A DNA stretch of 64,000 bases from the human T2T-CHM13v2.0 reference genome, Homo sapiens: NCBI RefSeq assembly GCF_009914755.1, contig NC_060929.1; one strand, 5' to 3'. Both the position numbers and the translations under genes were made by a program. Below are positions 29,069 to 40,544 of this stretch, piece after piece; position 1 is the stretch's first letter, and each line of letters starts with the position of its first letter. The notes below the pieces were generated by a model. The model was not told where the DNA came from, searched no databases, and saw only the letters and a program-made list of their open reading frames with translations.

Positions 29069-29561
29069 GTTGGTTATATCAATAAGGTCCAAAAGGGTTT
29101 TCTTCAGGTGAAATGTGCGGTGGAGAGGCTAGAGGAGGCGATTTGCTTGGTAAGGACGGAACCCAGAAAGTATGTCTCAAACCTGCACTCTCACAGAGAA
29201 GGGGAGGAACAGATCAACTTCCTGGCTTTCATCTCAGCTTTCCCCAGTCTCCGAAATGCTAAAACATCTTATTGCATGTCTGAAGGCACTGAACCGGAAC
29301 TTAGCTATCAATCATTTAGGATTTTAAAAGAAGACAAATTCAAATGCTTGCTTTCTTACTTGTCTTTAAAAACCTGAATTGGCAACTCAGCATCCAATGG
29401 CAGAATTGTGCATAAGATTTTTCTTTCTTTAGTTGTTTAGAAGACAAAATAACAAAGGTAGTTTAGAGCAAATGTCTGTCTCCATTGTTCTTTTACTTTT
29501 GCACAGTTTTCATAAGCTTTCGAGACTAGCAATAGAATTGAGAAAAGGGTGAGAAAACTTG

Positions 29562-30317
29562 GGATAGATGGCAAAAAAGGCCACTTATTTCACAGCTTCT
29601 CCCAACAAGAGGTGGAGTACATTTCCCTTGCCTTTAAATCTGAGCCAAAATGATGACTTCCTTTGACCAATTAAATGTAGCAGAAATGAGAACATACAAG
29701 TTCCAATCCAAGGCTTCATGAGGCCTTGAGCTTCCTCCTTTGGAATTCTGAGGCCACTATAGGAAGAAGCTTGGGCTAGTCCACCAGATGATGAAAGGCA
29801 CACTGCCCAGTGATGCCTCTCGCTCTGAACCACCAATGCCAGTAGCCAGACATCCAGCAAAGCCATCCTAGATCATCGTACAGTGATCAGCGAAGCCAGC
29901 CCAGATCAGACGGATCACTCAGCTGATCCATGGAGTCATGGACAAATCAATGATTTTTTTTTTTTTTTTTTCTTTTTTTGAGACTGAGTCTCACACTCTC
30001 TCCCATTCGGGAGTGCAGTGGCGCGATCTCGGCTCACTGCAAGCTCTGCCTCCCAGGTTCACACCATTCTCCTCCCGAGTAGCTGGGACTACAGGTGCCC
30101 GCCACAGTGCCCGGCTAATTTTTTGTATTTTTAGTAGAGACGGGGTTTCACCGTGTTAGCCAGGATTGTCTCGATCTCCTGACCTCGTGATCCACCCGCC
30201 TCGGCCTCCCAAAGTGCTGGGATTACAGGCGTGAGCCAAGGTGCCCGGCCAAATCAATGTTGTTTTAAGCTGTTATGTGATGAGGTGGTTTATGATGCTA
30301 GAAAAGCTAAATGACCC
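29562..30317 (+). mobile_element. MLT1 (F/G-like) LTR interrupted by AluY
   Basis: aagaggtggagt...ctttgaccaat...ccaaggcttcatgaggcctt; terminal tgttgttttaagc...aaagctaaatgac. Confidence 0.7.
29953..30250 (-). mobile_element. AluY with a ~10-nt internal deletion
   Basis: gcaagctc, tcgatctcctgacctcgtgatcc diagnostics; attctcct|cccgag lacks gcctcagcct; TSD aaatcaatg at 29944-29952 and 30251-30259. Confidence 0.95.
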
Positions 30318-30738
30318 AGGGCCCTTTTTAACAAACTTAGTGAATTGTAGAGGAACTACGTGCCAACTGCAGACACACAAACATTGCAGCCATTCCGCAA
30401 ATACGGAAGGCCGATAACCAGGCTTTTATACTCTAAGATTTTATTAAACATATATCCTGAAGTGGCCCATCTGCTTTAGAAAAGGTTATGGCAGACTTTT
30501 TGGCATGAATTTCAAGAACTATCAAACAGTAAAATGGCATATTTTAAAACTGAAGAAGACAAAATAGGCTATGTCTGCTCAGGTAAATAATCCCAACATT
30601 ATAGAAGCATTATAGAAATTTCCTTTGTTGACTGTATCATAGCAATATTTAACTCAATGCTTAAATGTTTAACTTAATACTTAAAGATACATTGTAAATA
30701 GTCACTTGCCCAAGGCCGTAAAATGTTGAGCCAGGAAA

Positions 30739-30886
30739 GCCTGTAGTCCCAGCTATTCGGGAGGCTGAGGCAGAAGAATGGCGTGAACCCAGGAGGCGGA
30801 GCTTGCAGTGAGCCGAGATCGCGCCACTACACCCCAGCCTGGGCAACAGAGCGAGACTGTGTCTCAAAAAAAAGAAAAGAAAAAAA
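30739..30886 (+). mobile_element. AluY right monomer (5'-truncated)
   Basis: gcctgtagtcccagc...gaatggcgtgaacc...gagcttgcagtgagccgagatcgcgcc plus A tail; no clear TSD. Confidence 0.92.
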
Positions 30887-30902
30887 TCATTAAAAATAGT
30901 AG

Positions 30903-31205
30903 TTTTTTTCTCGTTTCTTTTTATTTTTTATTTTTGAGATGGAGTCTCGCTCAGTCACCTAGGCTAGAGTGCAGTGGCACGATCTTGACTCACTGCAACC
31001 TCCGCCTACCATTTCAAGTGATTCTCCTGCCTCAGCCTCCCCAGTAGCTGGGATTACAGGCGTCCGCCACCATGCCAGGCTAATTTTTGTATTTTTAGTA
31101 GAGACGGGGTTTCACCATGTTGGCCAAGCTGGTCTCAAACTCCTGACTTCGGGTGATCAGCCCACCTTGGCCTTCCAAAGTGCTGGTACTACACCGCTCC
31201 CAGCC
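30903..31205 (-). mobile_element. AluS (Sx-like)
   Basis: T tail, full dimer with a small deletion near the 5' end; TSD agtagtttt on both sides. Confidence 0.92.
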
Positions 31206-31354
31206 AGTAGTTTTATTTCGATTACCTTTGTATTTCCAGGAAGAAGATTAATATGTTTTCAAGTGGAATTTTTTTCTTTACATTTTGAGACATTGGAAAC
31301 AGCTTCCTTAAAGGAAACCAAAATATCTAGAGTCCAAAGGCAACATTTTTTTGA

Positions 31355-31520
31355 GTGCTGGTTTGCCCACTTATTATGTGAGCTTGAACTAGTTCCTTTT
31401 AATTTCCTCACCTGTATATTGAGGATCATGATATCTATTTAACAGGATTAGGTGAGGATTCAATAAGATAATGTTCATTAAAGGAGATGACACATTGTAA
31501 ATGCTTAACCAGTATTTACT
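31355..31520 (+). mobile_element. MIR
   Basis: cacttattatgtgagcttg...tttcctcacctgta...gaggattcaataagataatg. Confidence 0.65.
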
Positions 31521-33069
31521 ACCACCCTGCAATTTTATAATTCTTAAATCTTGTTTTTGAGTATGTCTGGACCAAGAAAAAAATGATGGATAAATATCAG
31601 AGCATCATTAAATTGATGATCATAAATTAAAGGAGCAAAGCACCTGAGTTCACATTTCTTTATATTATTTTTGTCACTAATAGTATTCCATTATAATAAC
31701 CAAAATGTGACATTTTTGCAAAGTTCTTTTTTCCACAGTAATAATTATGTGTTTTTATTGCTGTTCTTTAGATATAGTGCAATTACATGGCACTCTATAT
31801 TTTTGAAGGGGCTGTAATATCCTATATGTTCCTTGACTGTATCTTCAGCACTTAGATATATGTAGGCCAGATCTTATTACTCCACATTTTTAAGCAGGAA
31901 AGTGAGAAGCTATTAAATTAAATGACCTACCCAAGATCACGCAATGATACAACAGTCTCAGTGTTCTGCTTGATCCCTTGCTATTGGTACAATATCTATT
32001 TATACATCAGCTGATACAGGTTCACAGTTGCGAATATGAGTGCCGTGTTTTGTTAGCCATTTTAATCTGCTTTTAACTGGCACTTTTCTGCTTATTTTGG
32101 AACTCGTTTTGTTAAGGCTTCTTTAGACATAACCCAGAGATGACAGGTTTGGAGTTTGAACTCAAAATGGAAACACTGGGTGTGTAAAATTTATTTACTG
32201 TTAGCAAACCACAGCTTCCTGTTATTTGGCCTTCTTTAAAATGGCTTCTTTTTAATGTAAGGAAAGTAAATGTAAACACTCTTAGATGATTGGATATTTC
32301 TTGTATATTAGATAACTATGAAATAAACCAATTTTTAATGATCGAAGTGTAAATGAATCAAATACATATGGATACAATTTTCTTTAAAACACACATGGGT
32401 TTAACAACAAAATAAAATTGCTCAGGGCCAAATACATCTGGAATTTTATTGAACCCAAAACATTTGAAAAGTAGATTGTGACCTTCAACAGTCTGTCACC
32501 ATGGCTCAATCCTAAACTTTTTATTTTGTAATGTATCTGGTGGAACCTAGATCAAGAGTAAGTTGCTCTCAAGGTGAGGTTACGTGTACTGAAATGATGA
32601 CTTCTCACCCAAAATGCCCTTTGGACAGACCCACTCCAACAGCTGAAATTTCACCATCATAAGCACTTTTTTTTTCTGAAGAGATTTATCACTTGGAATA
32701 AACAGATCCCTGCTAAAAAAGCGAATATCAGGAAAAAATAATAAAGCAGTTAATATTTAAGTAGCCCTCTATAATTAACAAACCCTTTACTACATAAGTG
32801 ATTGAATGCTATTTTTATATGTAGCTTATAAGATATATTCAAGTCTGGCATGTGAGGCTCAGAAAGGAAAGTGATTTGCCCAAGATGTTAGGGCTCAAGC
32901 CAGGACAAGAACCAAAAACTTCTATGACTAGGATTTCACTATGCCACACTTTCTGTTAGATAGCATGCATTTGTTTGCCCTCGCCAATCCATTGGTTGGT
33001 TTAGCTTCTCAGCTTATTAGCTGCCACCTGGAAACACTTAGAATAAAGACCTTTAAAAATGGGACATGC

Positions 33070-34045
33070 TAAAAACAACAGATGCTGGTAAGGCTGTGGA
33101 GAAAAGGGAATGCTTATGCACTATTGGTGGGAGTGTAAATTAGCCCAGCCACCGTGGAAAGCAGTCTGTAGCATTCTCAAAGAACTTAAAACAGAGCTAT
33201 CATTTTATCCAGTAATCCCACTAATGGGTACATATCCAAAGACAAGAAATCATTCTACCAAAAAGACACATGCACTTACGTGTTCATTGCAGCACTACTC
33301 ACAATAGCAAAGACATGAAATCAACCTGGGTACCCACCAACAGTGGATTGAATAAAGAAGATGTGGTACATATACACCATGGAATACTTACACAGCCATA
33401 AAAAGAATAAAATCGTGTCCTTTGCAGTAGTGTGGATGGAGTTGGAGGCCATAATCCTAAGTAAAATGCAGAAATGGAAACCAAATATTTCATGTTCTCA
33501 CTTACAAGTGGAAGCTAAGCATTGAGCACACACGGAAATAAATATGGGAATAATAGACACTGGGGACTACTAGAGGGTGGAGGGAGGGGGTGGGTTAAAG
33601 AACTACCTATCGGAGGCCGGGCGCGGTGGCTCACGCCTGTAATCCCAGCACTTTGGGAGGCCGAGGCGGGCGGATCACGAGGTCAGGAGATCGAGACCAT
33701 CCTGGCTAACACGGTGAAACCCCGTCTCTACTAAAAATACAAAAAATTAGCCGGGCATGGTGGCCGGGCGCCTGTAGTCCCAGCTACTCGGGAGGCTGAG
33801 GCAGGAGAATGGCGTGAACCTGGGAGGCGGAGCTTGCAGTGAGCCTAGATAGCTCCACTGCAGTCTGGCCTGGGCGAAAGAGCAAGTCCCATCTCAGAAA
33901 AAAAACAAAACAAAAACAACTACCTATCGGATACTATGTTCAGTACCAGGGTGATGAGATCCGTACTCCAAATCCCAGCATCACACATTATTCCCGTGTA
34001 ACAAATCTGCACATACATCTAAAATACAAGCTGAATTTTTTTTAA
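33070..34045 (+). mobile_element. 5'-truncated L1 (L1PA15-16/L1PB-like) 3' end
   Basis: aacagatgctgg...ORF2 C-terminus and 3' UTR (aactacctatcgg, aatcccagcatcacac); interrupted by an AluY. Confidence 0.88.
33615..33917 (+). mobile_element. AluY, Yk-like 3' diagnostics
   Basis: Near-consensus CpG-rich body; 3' end gatagc..cactgcagtc.ggcctgggcgaaagagc; perfect TSD aactacctatcgga at 33601-33614 and 33918-33931. Confidence 0.95.
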
Positions 34046-34257
34046 AAGGGGATTATATGGAAAGAAAAAGATTCAAATACAATATCAATATTTTTTAAAT
34101 GGGTGGCAGAAAAAATATTCAAATCAAAAAGTGGACAGTGAGTGCAAGACTGAGGCGGGGTGGAAGAATGGGTGTTTTTTTGAGATGGAGAGTTTGAACT
34201 CTTTTAGGATGTCCAAAAATGTCTCTTAGGTAGTTGGAAATAGAAAGTTGGGAGCAC

Positions 34258-34310
34258 AGGCCGGTGGCGCAATGGATAATGCATCTGACTATGGATTAGA
34301 GGATTCTAGG
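34258..34310 (+). pseudogene. 3'-truncated, tailless tRNA-Arg(ACG) retropseudogene
   Basis: aggccggtggcgcaatggataatgcatctgactatggattagaggattctagg matches the first ~53 nt of tRNA-Arg-ACG (GGGCCAGTGGCGCAATGGATAACGCGTCTGACTACGGATCAGAAGATTCTAGG); flanked by TSD ggaaatagaaagttgg; inserted in an L2-like fragment. Confidence 0.9.
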
Positions 34311-35020
34311 AAATAGAAAGTTGGCTTTGGGGTGAGAGGATAATATAGTCATACGTCTGCCTGGAAGACAAGAGGTGAAATAGTGCCTCAAGACAATACT
34401 CTGAGATAAAGGCAAGGAAAACAAACTTCATATGCGTAGACACTTCCTGCATCTCCTCTATCCTCTTCCTGTCTTGCTTTACTGCTCTCGAAAGTTTGAA
34501 ACTCACAGAGAAATTGTTTTGCAAGAGTTGCCCTCCTCTTGGCAGAAATGACTATACTTAAAGCATAAAATTACCATAATTTGAGTGTGCCATCTACTTT
34601 CTGATAGCTCTGACTGGTATATATTTATATTGCTTAAGGGAAATACCTTCATATGTGTTGTAGATAGCTGGTATTCTGTTTCTTAAGCCATGAAGGACAC
34701 TTTAGTCTACAGAAAGTGTAATCCTGTGCTACCTCCTGCCTTATACACAGGATAAAATACTTAAAGTCACAAATAAGAAGAGTTACTGTTTTCCCATCAG
34801 TAAGCAAGCTGATTCACAGCAGCATATATACATATAGGTATGCTGGCTGGAATCAGATCTTATAATAAAATTATTTAATAAAACCACATGTTTAGTGTTT
34901 GGGGTTATTTTAAATTCACAGGACAGAGGCATCCTCAAACATCATATATGGAATTGGGGTAATGGGGTAATTATTCTAAGGATACATAGATTAATTAATA
35001 CCAACATATTCATTACAGGG

Positions 35021-35495
35021 TGTTTTAGATTTAAGTGTGCCACCCTTCCCCCACACATAAAAAAGTATGTTGAAGCATCTACCTCCAGTGCATCAGAATG
35101 GGACCTTCTTTGGAAGTAGAGTCTTTTAGAGGTAAGCAAACAAAAGTGAGGTCATTAGGGTGCCCTGACTTAGTATGGGTTAAATATTGATATTATATAA
35201 GAATCCAAGGTCCTTATAAAAAGGTTATGCACAGAGGACGATAATGTGAAGATGCAGAGGGAGAAAACGGCTCTGTGACTGGAGCGATGCAGCTACAGGC
35301 CAAGGAACACCAGGGACTGCCAGCAAATACCAGAAGCTGGAAGAGGCAAGCAAGGATGCTCCCCTAGAGTTGTTAGAGAGAGCATGGCTCTGCTGAAGCC
35401 TTGGTTTACAGCTTCAAGCCTCCAGAACCATAGGTCAGTAAATGTCTGTTCTTTTTCAGGCCACCCCTGAATTCTTAAGAAACTACTGCAGAGAC
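35021..35495 (+). mobile_element. MLT1C-like MaLR LTR
   Basis: tatgttgaag...gaggtcattagggtg...gccaaggaacaccagggactgccagc...ccagaagctggaagaggcaag. Confidence 0.82.
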
Positions 35496-38474
35496 ACTGT
35501 GTTTCTGGGACAAGGTGAGATGAAAGAGAAGAATAGATGAATCTGGAGAAATGGGTATTGTAAAATAGAAAGGCAGTAATGGAGACGGGCTCTGACAGCA
35601 ATTGAAAGTCCAGTCCTGCCTACCAGAAACAAATGGGGCCCCCGGGTTCTTGTTGGGCCTCAGAAGCAGGAGTTCAAAGATCTTCAGTGAGTTCTCAGCA
35701 TTCGTGTGAGTATTAGTTCTATTTCCCACCTCTGCCCGCCTTCAGTGGCCCACTGGCTACCCTGTCTTCTGCTCTACATCTTTCTCTTTCTTCTCCCTCA
35801 AAGTTCCACTTCTTCTTAGATTTTTCTTCTTTCTCACTGAAGACTGTACCTGGTCCTTACTGATCACTACTTTAGCTCATTGCTTCTTTATGTATCTTTT
35901 AAGCCTCAGCTCCTATTCATAATTTCCTGTTTTTCTCTTTATTTCACAACTATTTTGCAAGAGTGATATAATGATTGGACTAGCATCCCTCTTTAGCTAG
36001 ATTTTTTTTTTCTGTAGTCCCTGGAAAATGGATACCATCGATATATAGTATTATAGTATGTACTAAACACCTGTGAAGCTCCTTATCAAACTGGGCTGGG
36101 CCATGTATTAAGCACAAGGATCTCCTTCCTCCAAATTATAAGCAGGCCAATAGGCCTAAGCAATATGTACCACGACTCATCTCTCGTGATTTGAGGGTTT
36201 ACCCTGAAAAGTCAACGGGATGCCTTTTTCTGTGTGTGCATCCTCTTGTATATATCTGAAGAATGAGACAAAGGAGAGAAGCAAGGGAAAAACAAGATTC
36301 ATTTAAAAATCATGTTTAATAGGACACTCATGTGGATGAAAGAACTTTTAGCCTTTCTTAAGCACCATGGACATAAATAAGAGCTTGTCTTTGTGGCAGA
36401 GTGAGCTGAGAGAAGGAGCTCTGGGGCTAATGTGTGCTACTAATACACCTTCCATTTCATTCTTTTTGGGATGGCTTCTCTCTCTCTGTCTGTCTCATCT
36501 TTTTTGTTCTGGTGCATGCTCCACAAATATTATGTATTATTATAGAAAGATGATCAAGCATTGATCCACATGCATTTCACATTCTATTTTCACAGAATTG
36601 ATCCTTGTTTATCCAAGGGCACTCATTGCCTTAGAGAAGATGAGATTTATTTAAACAGAAATTTAAACTGAAATAAAAAATAATTATTAAGCTTTGATTT
36701 TCAAAAGAGGTGTTTGGAGACATTTCTGGGGCATCAGCCATGAGAGACACTTTTTTTTTTAGATAAAATAACAATTTTTTAAAATAAAAAAGGCCTAGAA
36801 GTAACAAAGCAAAGAAGAAGAGATAATAAGTTTCACCTGGGAGTTGTAGGTTACATGAAGAGCTGGACCATCCTGGCTGGAAAAGGCGGCTGGATTTGCC
36901 TATAGCAGCCAGAGTGGGGAGCAGAAGGGGCAGGAGAAGGAAAGCCAGTGGAATCTTCTTGATGTGGAAAAAACATCAAGGTCATGCTCAGCCTCCAAAT
37001 AAGTGAAAAGGGTCTTTTAACAGCACCCAGCACTCTATTACTCTCTTTCTCTTTGCCACCTACTGATGCCATCCTATGGACAGCTGCCAGCACATTCCCT
37101 AGAGACCATCAAGCAGAAATTATGTGCATCTGTTTTATATGACTCCTGAGTCCCACCTCAATACCCCTCCTCACTGGCCCAGCTGACTTGTAAGCTCCTT
37201 GAAACAGAAAGGCTATTGGGAATGGTGTGAAAAAGAAAGCCCCCTAACCTTGGAGCTGGAATCCAAGCTCTCTCTATGAGCTAGCACACGAGGTACTGTT
37301 GCAGGATATTAGGTTAACTAGTCTCCTATATTTTCATTGTTATCACAAATTACATTACGCTATGCAGTCCCAATGCACTCATCAGACTTTTATTTAATAT
37401 GTACAAATATGAGAGAAATCACTCAACACCAGTAGCATTAAATCCATTAAATATACTGTCAAGATTTAAAATTAGACACTGCAAATTCTGTTCTCTTGTC
37501 AGCTCAATCTTTAGTTCCAGAGATAAACTTTTGAGTATGTACAAGACTGTCTTTTCTCTCCCATATTTTTCACTCAGGTTTCTCAGTCCCACCTGAGATC
37601 TCATGGGGTCGCAGGTAAGTAAGTGCTCATTGGACAAACATGGCCTGAAAATGGCCACTAGAGACAAGGTACTCCTGTAGCATATTTGGTTTCAGGTTAC
37701 CTTAAATCCAGGTCCCTCACATATCTCCTCTTTCCAAAGTCCCAACAAGTTTTGATACGGAATAATATTCTAGCATTTGTAAGCATTTTTTTTTAAAGTA
37801 TAGAAGCCACAACAAATCCTAGAAACAGATATGACTAGTGTATAATGTGCAATAGAAGCACCAATTATTTTGGCAGCAGCTTCCCCAAAACCTAGTGTTG
37901 CCCAAACCCAATACCTGACTTGCAATTTTCATATTTGCTGTTCTGAACAATGAGCTCAAGAAAATATGCTGAACCCTTGGCATAAGCAAATGTTTACTGT
38001 ATCAGGCAGAATTGGCAGACAATGTAAATGTTCACCTTGTAGGGGAAAATTTATGCTTGAGTGTAAACCTATGCATTGTCGAGTCCCAAAATGTCTCCCT
38101 TCAGATGAGCTGGCTCTGTCTATGGAAGTGATTTTATAACACTGTAAATTATAATTGGTAGCCATGCAAATTATTCTTGTGCATAGACACGCAAATTCTG
38201 TTCTGTCTGGTGGAGGTTCAGTTGAGTTCCCTTCTCTCTGTGGAAGAAGCTAGTTTTGCCTCTATTTACATGTTCATTTCAGCCAGCATTTCTTTACTTC
38301 ATGAAACTGTGTGCTTTTTTTTTTTTTATCTCTCCTTTGAAGTGGTTATAACACCTGCCTGGTTCCCTCACTGGTTAATGACTTAAATAACATCTTTAAC
38401 ACATCTTCAGTTTATGTTTTATATAAAACTTCACATGCTTATTGTGCTTGTCCCTGCATGATAGCAACATTGAC

Positions 38475-38710
38475 ATACCACTTACCATAGATTAGTTTCT
38501 GTTCCAAGCATTTTTATATATACTAACTTAGTTAATTCTCACAAATCTCCAATAAGTAGGTACTACAATGATTCCCGTTTTACAGGTGAAGAAACTGAGA
38601 CACAGAGAGATTACATGTCATTTCTTGGATCACACAGTCAGTGCCAAAGACAAGATTTGAAACCGATCATGACAGTTTCAAGAGCTGATGATTTTAATTC
38701 TTCTCTGTCT
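38475..38710 (-). mobile_element. MIR
   Basis: taggtactacaatgattcccgttttacaggtgaagaaactgagacacagaga. Confidence 0.8.
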
Positions 38711-39574
38711 CATACCAGGAGTCTAGAAACCATCACTCTGTAGCTTAAAATTAAGGACATTATGTTTCCGTATTTGTTTGTGTGTGCAGAAGAGGGTCTA
38801 CTAAATGGGCAGATTCTGCCCTTTCTCAGCAAATAACTTCTAAAACGTTCTAGTTTTCTTGAAAATATTAGAATTAACAATGGTGGTTTCTCTAGTTTTC
38901 AGTTCTTTACTGGGGCTCTTTTCCTATTTACTGTTTATTAAATAAATTACTATGTCTTAATATTTTCTCTTTGACCCTGCCTTCCTGGCACTAGAGTACT
39001 GAGCTGGATGTTGTCTATGACTGGGCAAATAATTTCTACTGTTACGTTTAAGCAAGGTGATATATATATCACCTTGTGTGTGTATACATATATATGGAAC
39101 TTCTCCAAATAAGATTTTTGATCTTGGTTTTCCTAGAATCCATGAATCATACATACCCTATAAAACCTCATTTCAGATTAATCTAAACATCATTCTCTGC
39201 TCCTACAACTAAATTTCTGAACACTGATTGGAAAAGCCATTTGCTTGGCTGCAAAATGTTACTAAGAATTTTAACTACTCCAACCGCGTTAGAATCCAAG
39301 GCTTTTTTAAGCCCATGCTATTGGTGTTACTTTCAAAGTGTGGTTTCAGTCATGATAATGAGAATAGCCCATGGGATCCTCCAAAAATGTTCACTTTTGC
39401 TTAGTTTTTGAATTGTCCAGTCAATTGCTAACCTTCACTACTCTAATAACAGCACAACTTTCCCTTTCACACTGTCTCTTTCCTTGTAGCCACAGGAAAG
39501 AAACTTGGTTTCTTCTGGAGTAAAAGCCAGCATAGGATGAAGAGTTGGATAAAGGACAAAATGAGAATTTTGGA

Positions 39575-39965
39575 GCATATTCGTATATTCTGGATATGTG
39601 TCCTTTATCAGATATACTATTTGCAAATATTTTTCCCCATTCTGTAAGTTGCCTTTTTACTCACTTGATAATGTCCTCTGATGCACACAATTTTTAATTT
39701 TGATTTTTTCATGTCTTATTAAAAATTTTTTGCCAAATCCAATGTTATGAAGATTTACTGGTATGTTTTATTCTAAGAGTTTCAGAGTTTTGGTCCCAAA
39801 TTTAGGCCTTTGATCCATTTTGAGTTAATTTTTGTTATATAGTAAAAATGGTTCAATTTAATTATTTTCTATGTGGATATCCAGTTTTCCCAAAACCATT
39901 TATTGAAAAGACTGTCCTTTCCCCCATTGAATGGTCTTGGCACACTTGTTGAAAACCAAATGACC
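39575..39965 (-). mobile_element. L1M (MB-like) ORF2 3' fragment
   Basis: tttgcaaatattttccccattctgta; gtggatatccagttttccc...tttattgaaaagactgtcctttccccattgaatgg. Confidence 0.85.
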
Positions 39966-40170
39966 CCTTGAGTTCATTTTTTAAAAAGAGTTTACAGTTT
40001 CTGAGAAGAATAGAGATCTTTTCTTAAAAAAATTATGTACCTAAAAGGATTGAATCCACAGTGTTAGTTATACAGAATTGGTATGTACCCAGACAGACCC
40101 TGGATCTAATTTTTGGGATCAAGATTTTAAAGGTATGAATTGAGCTTTCATAGTTTTAAAAATGTTAGTA

Positions 40171-40544
40171 TGCATTAGTGTACTCAGGCTGTCATAACAC
40201 AATGCCATAGACTGGGTGGCTTAAACAGCAGAAATCAATTTTTGCAGAGTTCTGGATATTGGAAGTCCAAGACCAAAGTGCCAGCATCTGGTGAGGGCTC
40301 TCTCCTTGGGATGCAAATGGTCACTTTACTATGGTAACCTCACCAGTAGAGAGAGACAGCAAGCAAGCTCTGGTGTCTCATCCTCTTATTATCTAGGCAC
40401 CAGCCTTATAGGATTAGGGCTTACCCTATTACCTTATTTGACCTTAATTACCTCCTCATAGGTTCTGTCTCCAAACATGATCACATTGTGGGTTAGGGAT
40501 TCAACATCTATGTTTCAGGAGGACACAGGCATTCAGTTTATAAC
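40171..40544 (-). mobile_element. MLT1A-like MaLR LTR
   Basis: gccatagactgggtggcttaaacagcagaa...gggacacag-like end attcagtttataaca. Confidence 0.85.

Noticed and set aside
28763-29377. 204-aa ORF, the longest in the track
   Set aside because: It runs through an antisense MST LTR, an L1 tail fragment and flanking DNA. There is no recognisable domain or splice/promoter support, so a chance ORF is likely.
30969-31442. 157-aa ORF and other Alu-derived ORFs (2570-2887, 22788-23021, 29938-30159)
   Set aside because: Typical antisense Alu translation products ([28 protein letters not shown]).
34258-34310. Functional tRNA gene
   Set aside because: It lacks the T-loop/B box and the 3' acceptor strand, and the anticodon is mutated; called a retropseudogene instead.
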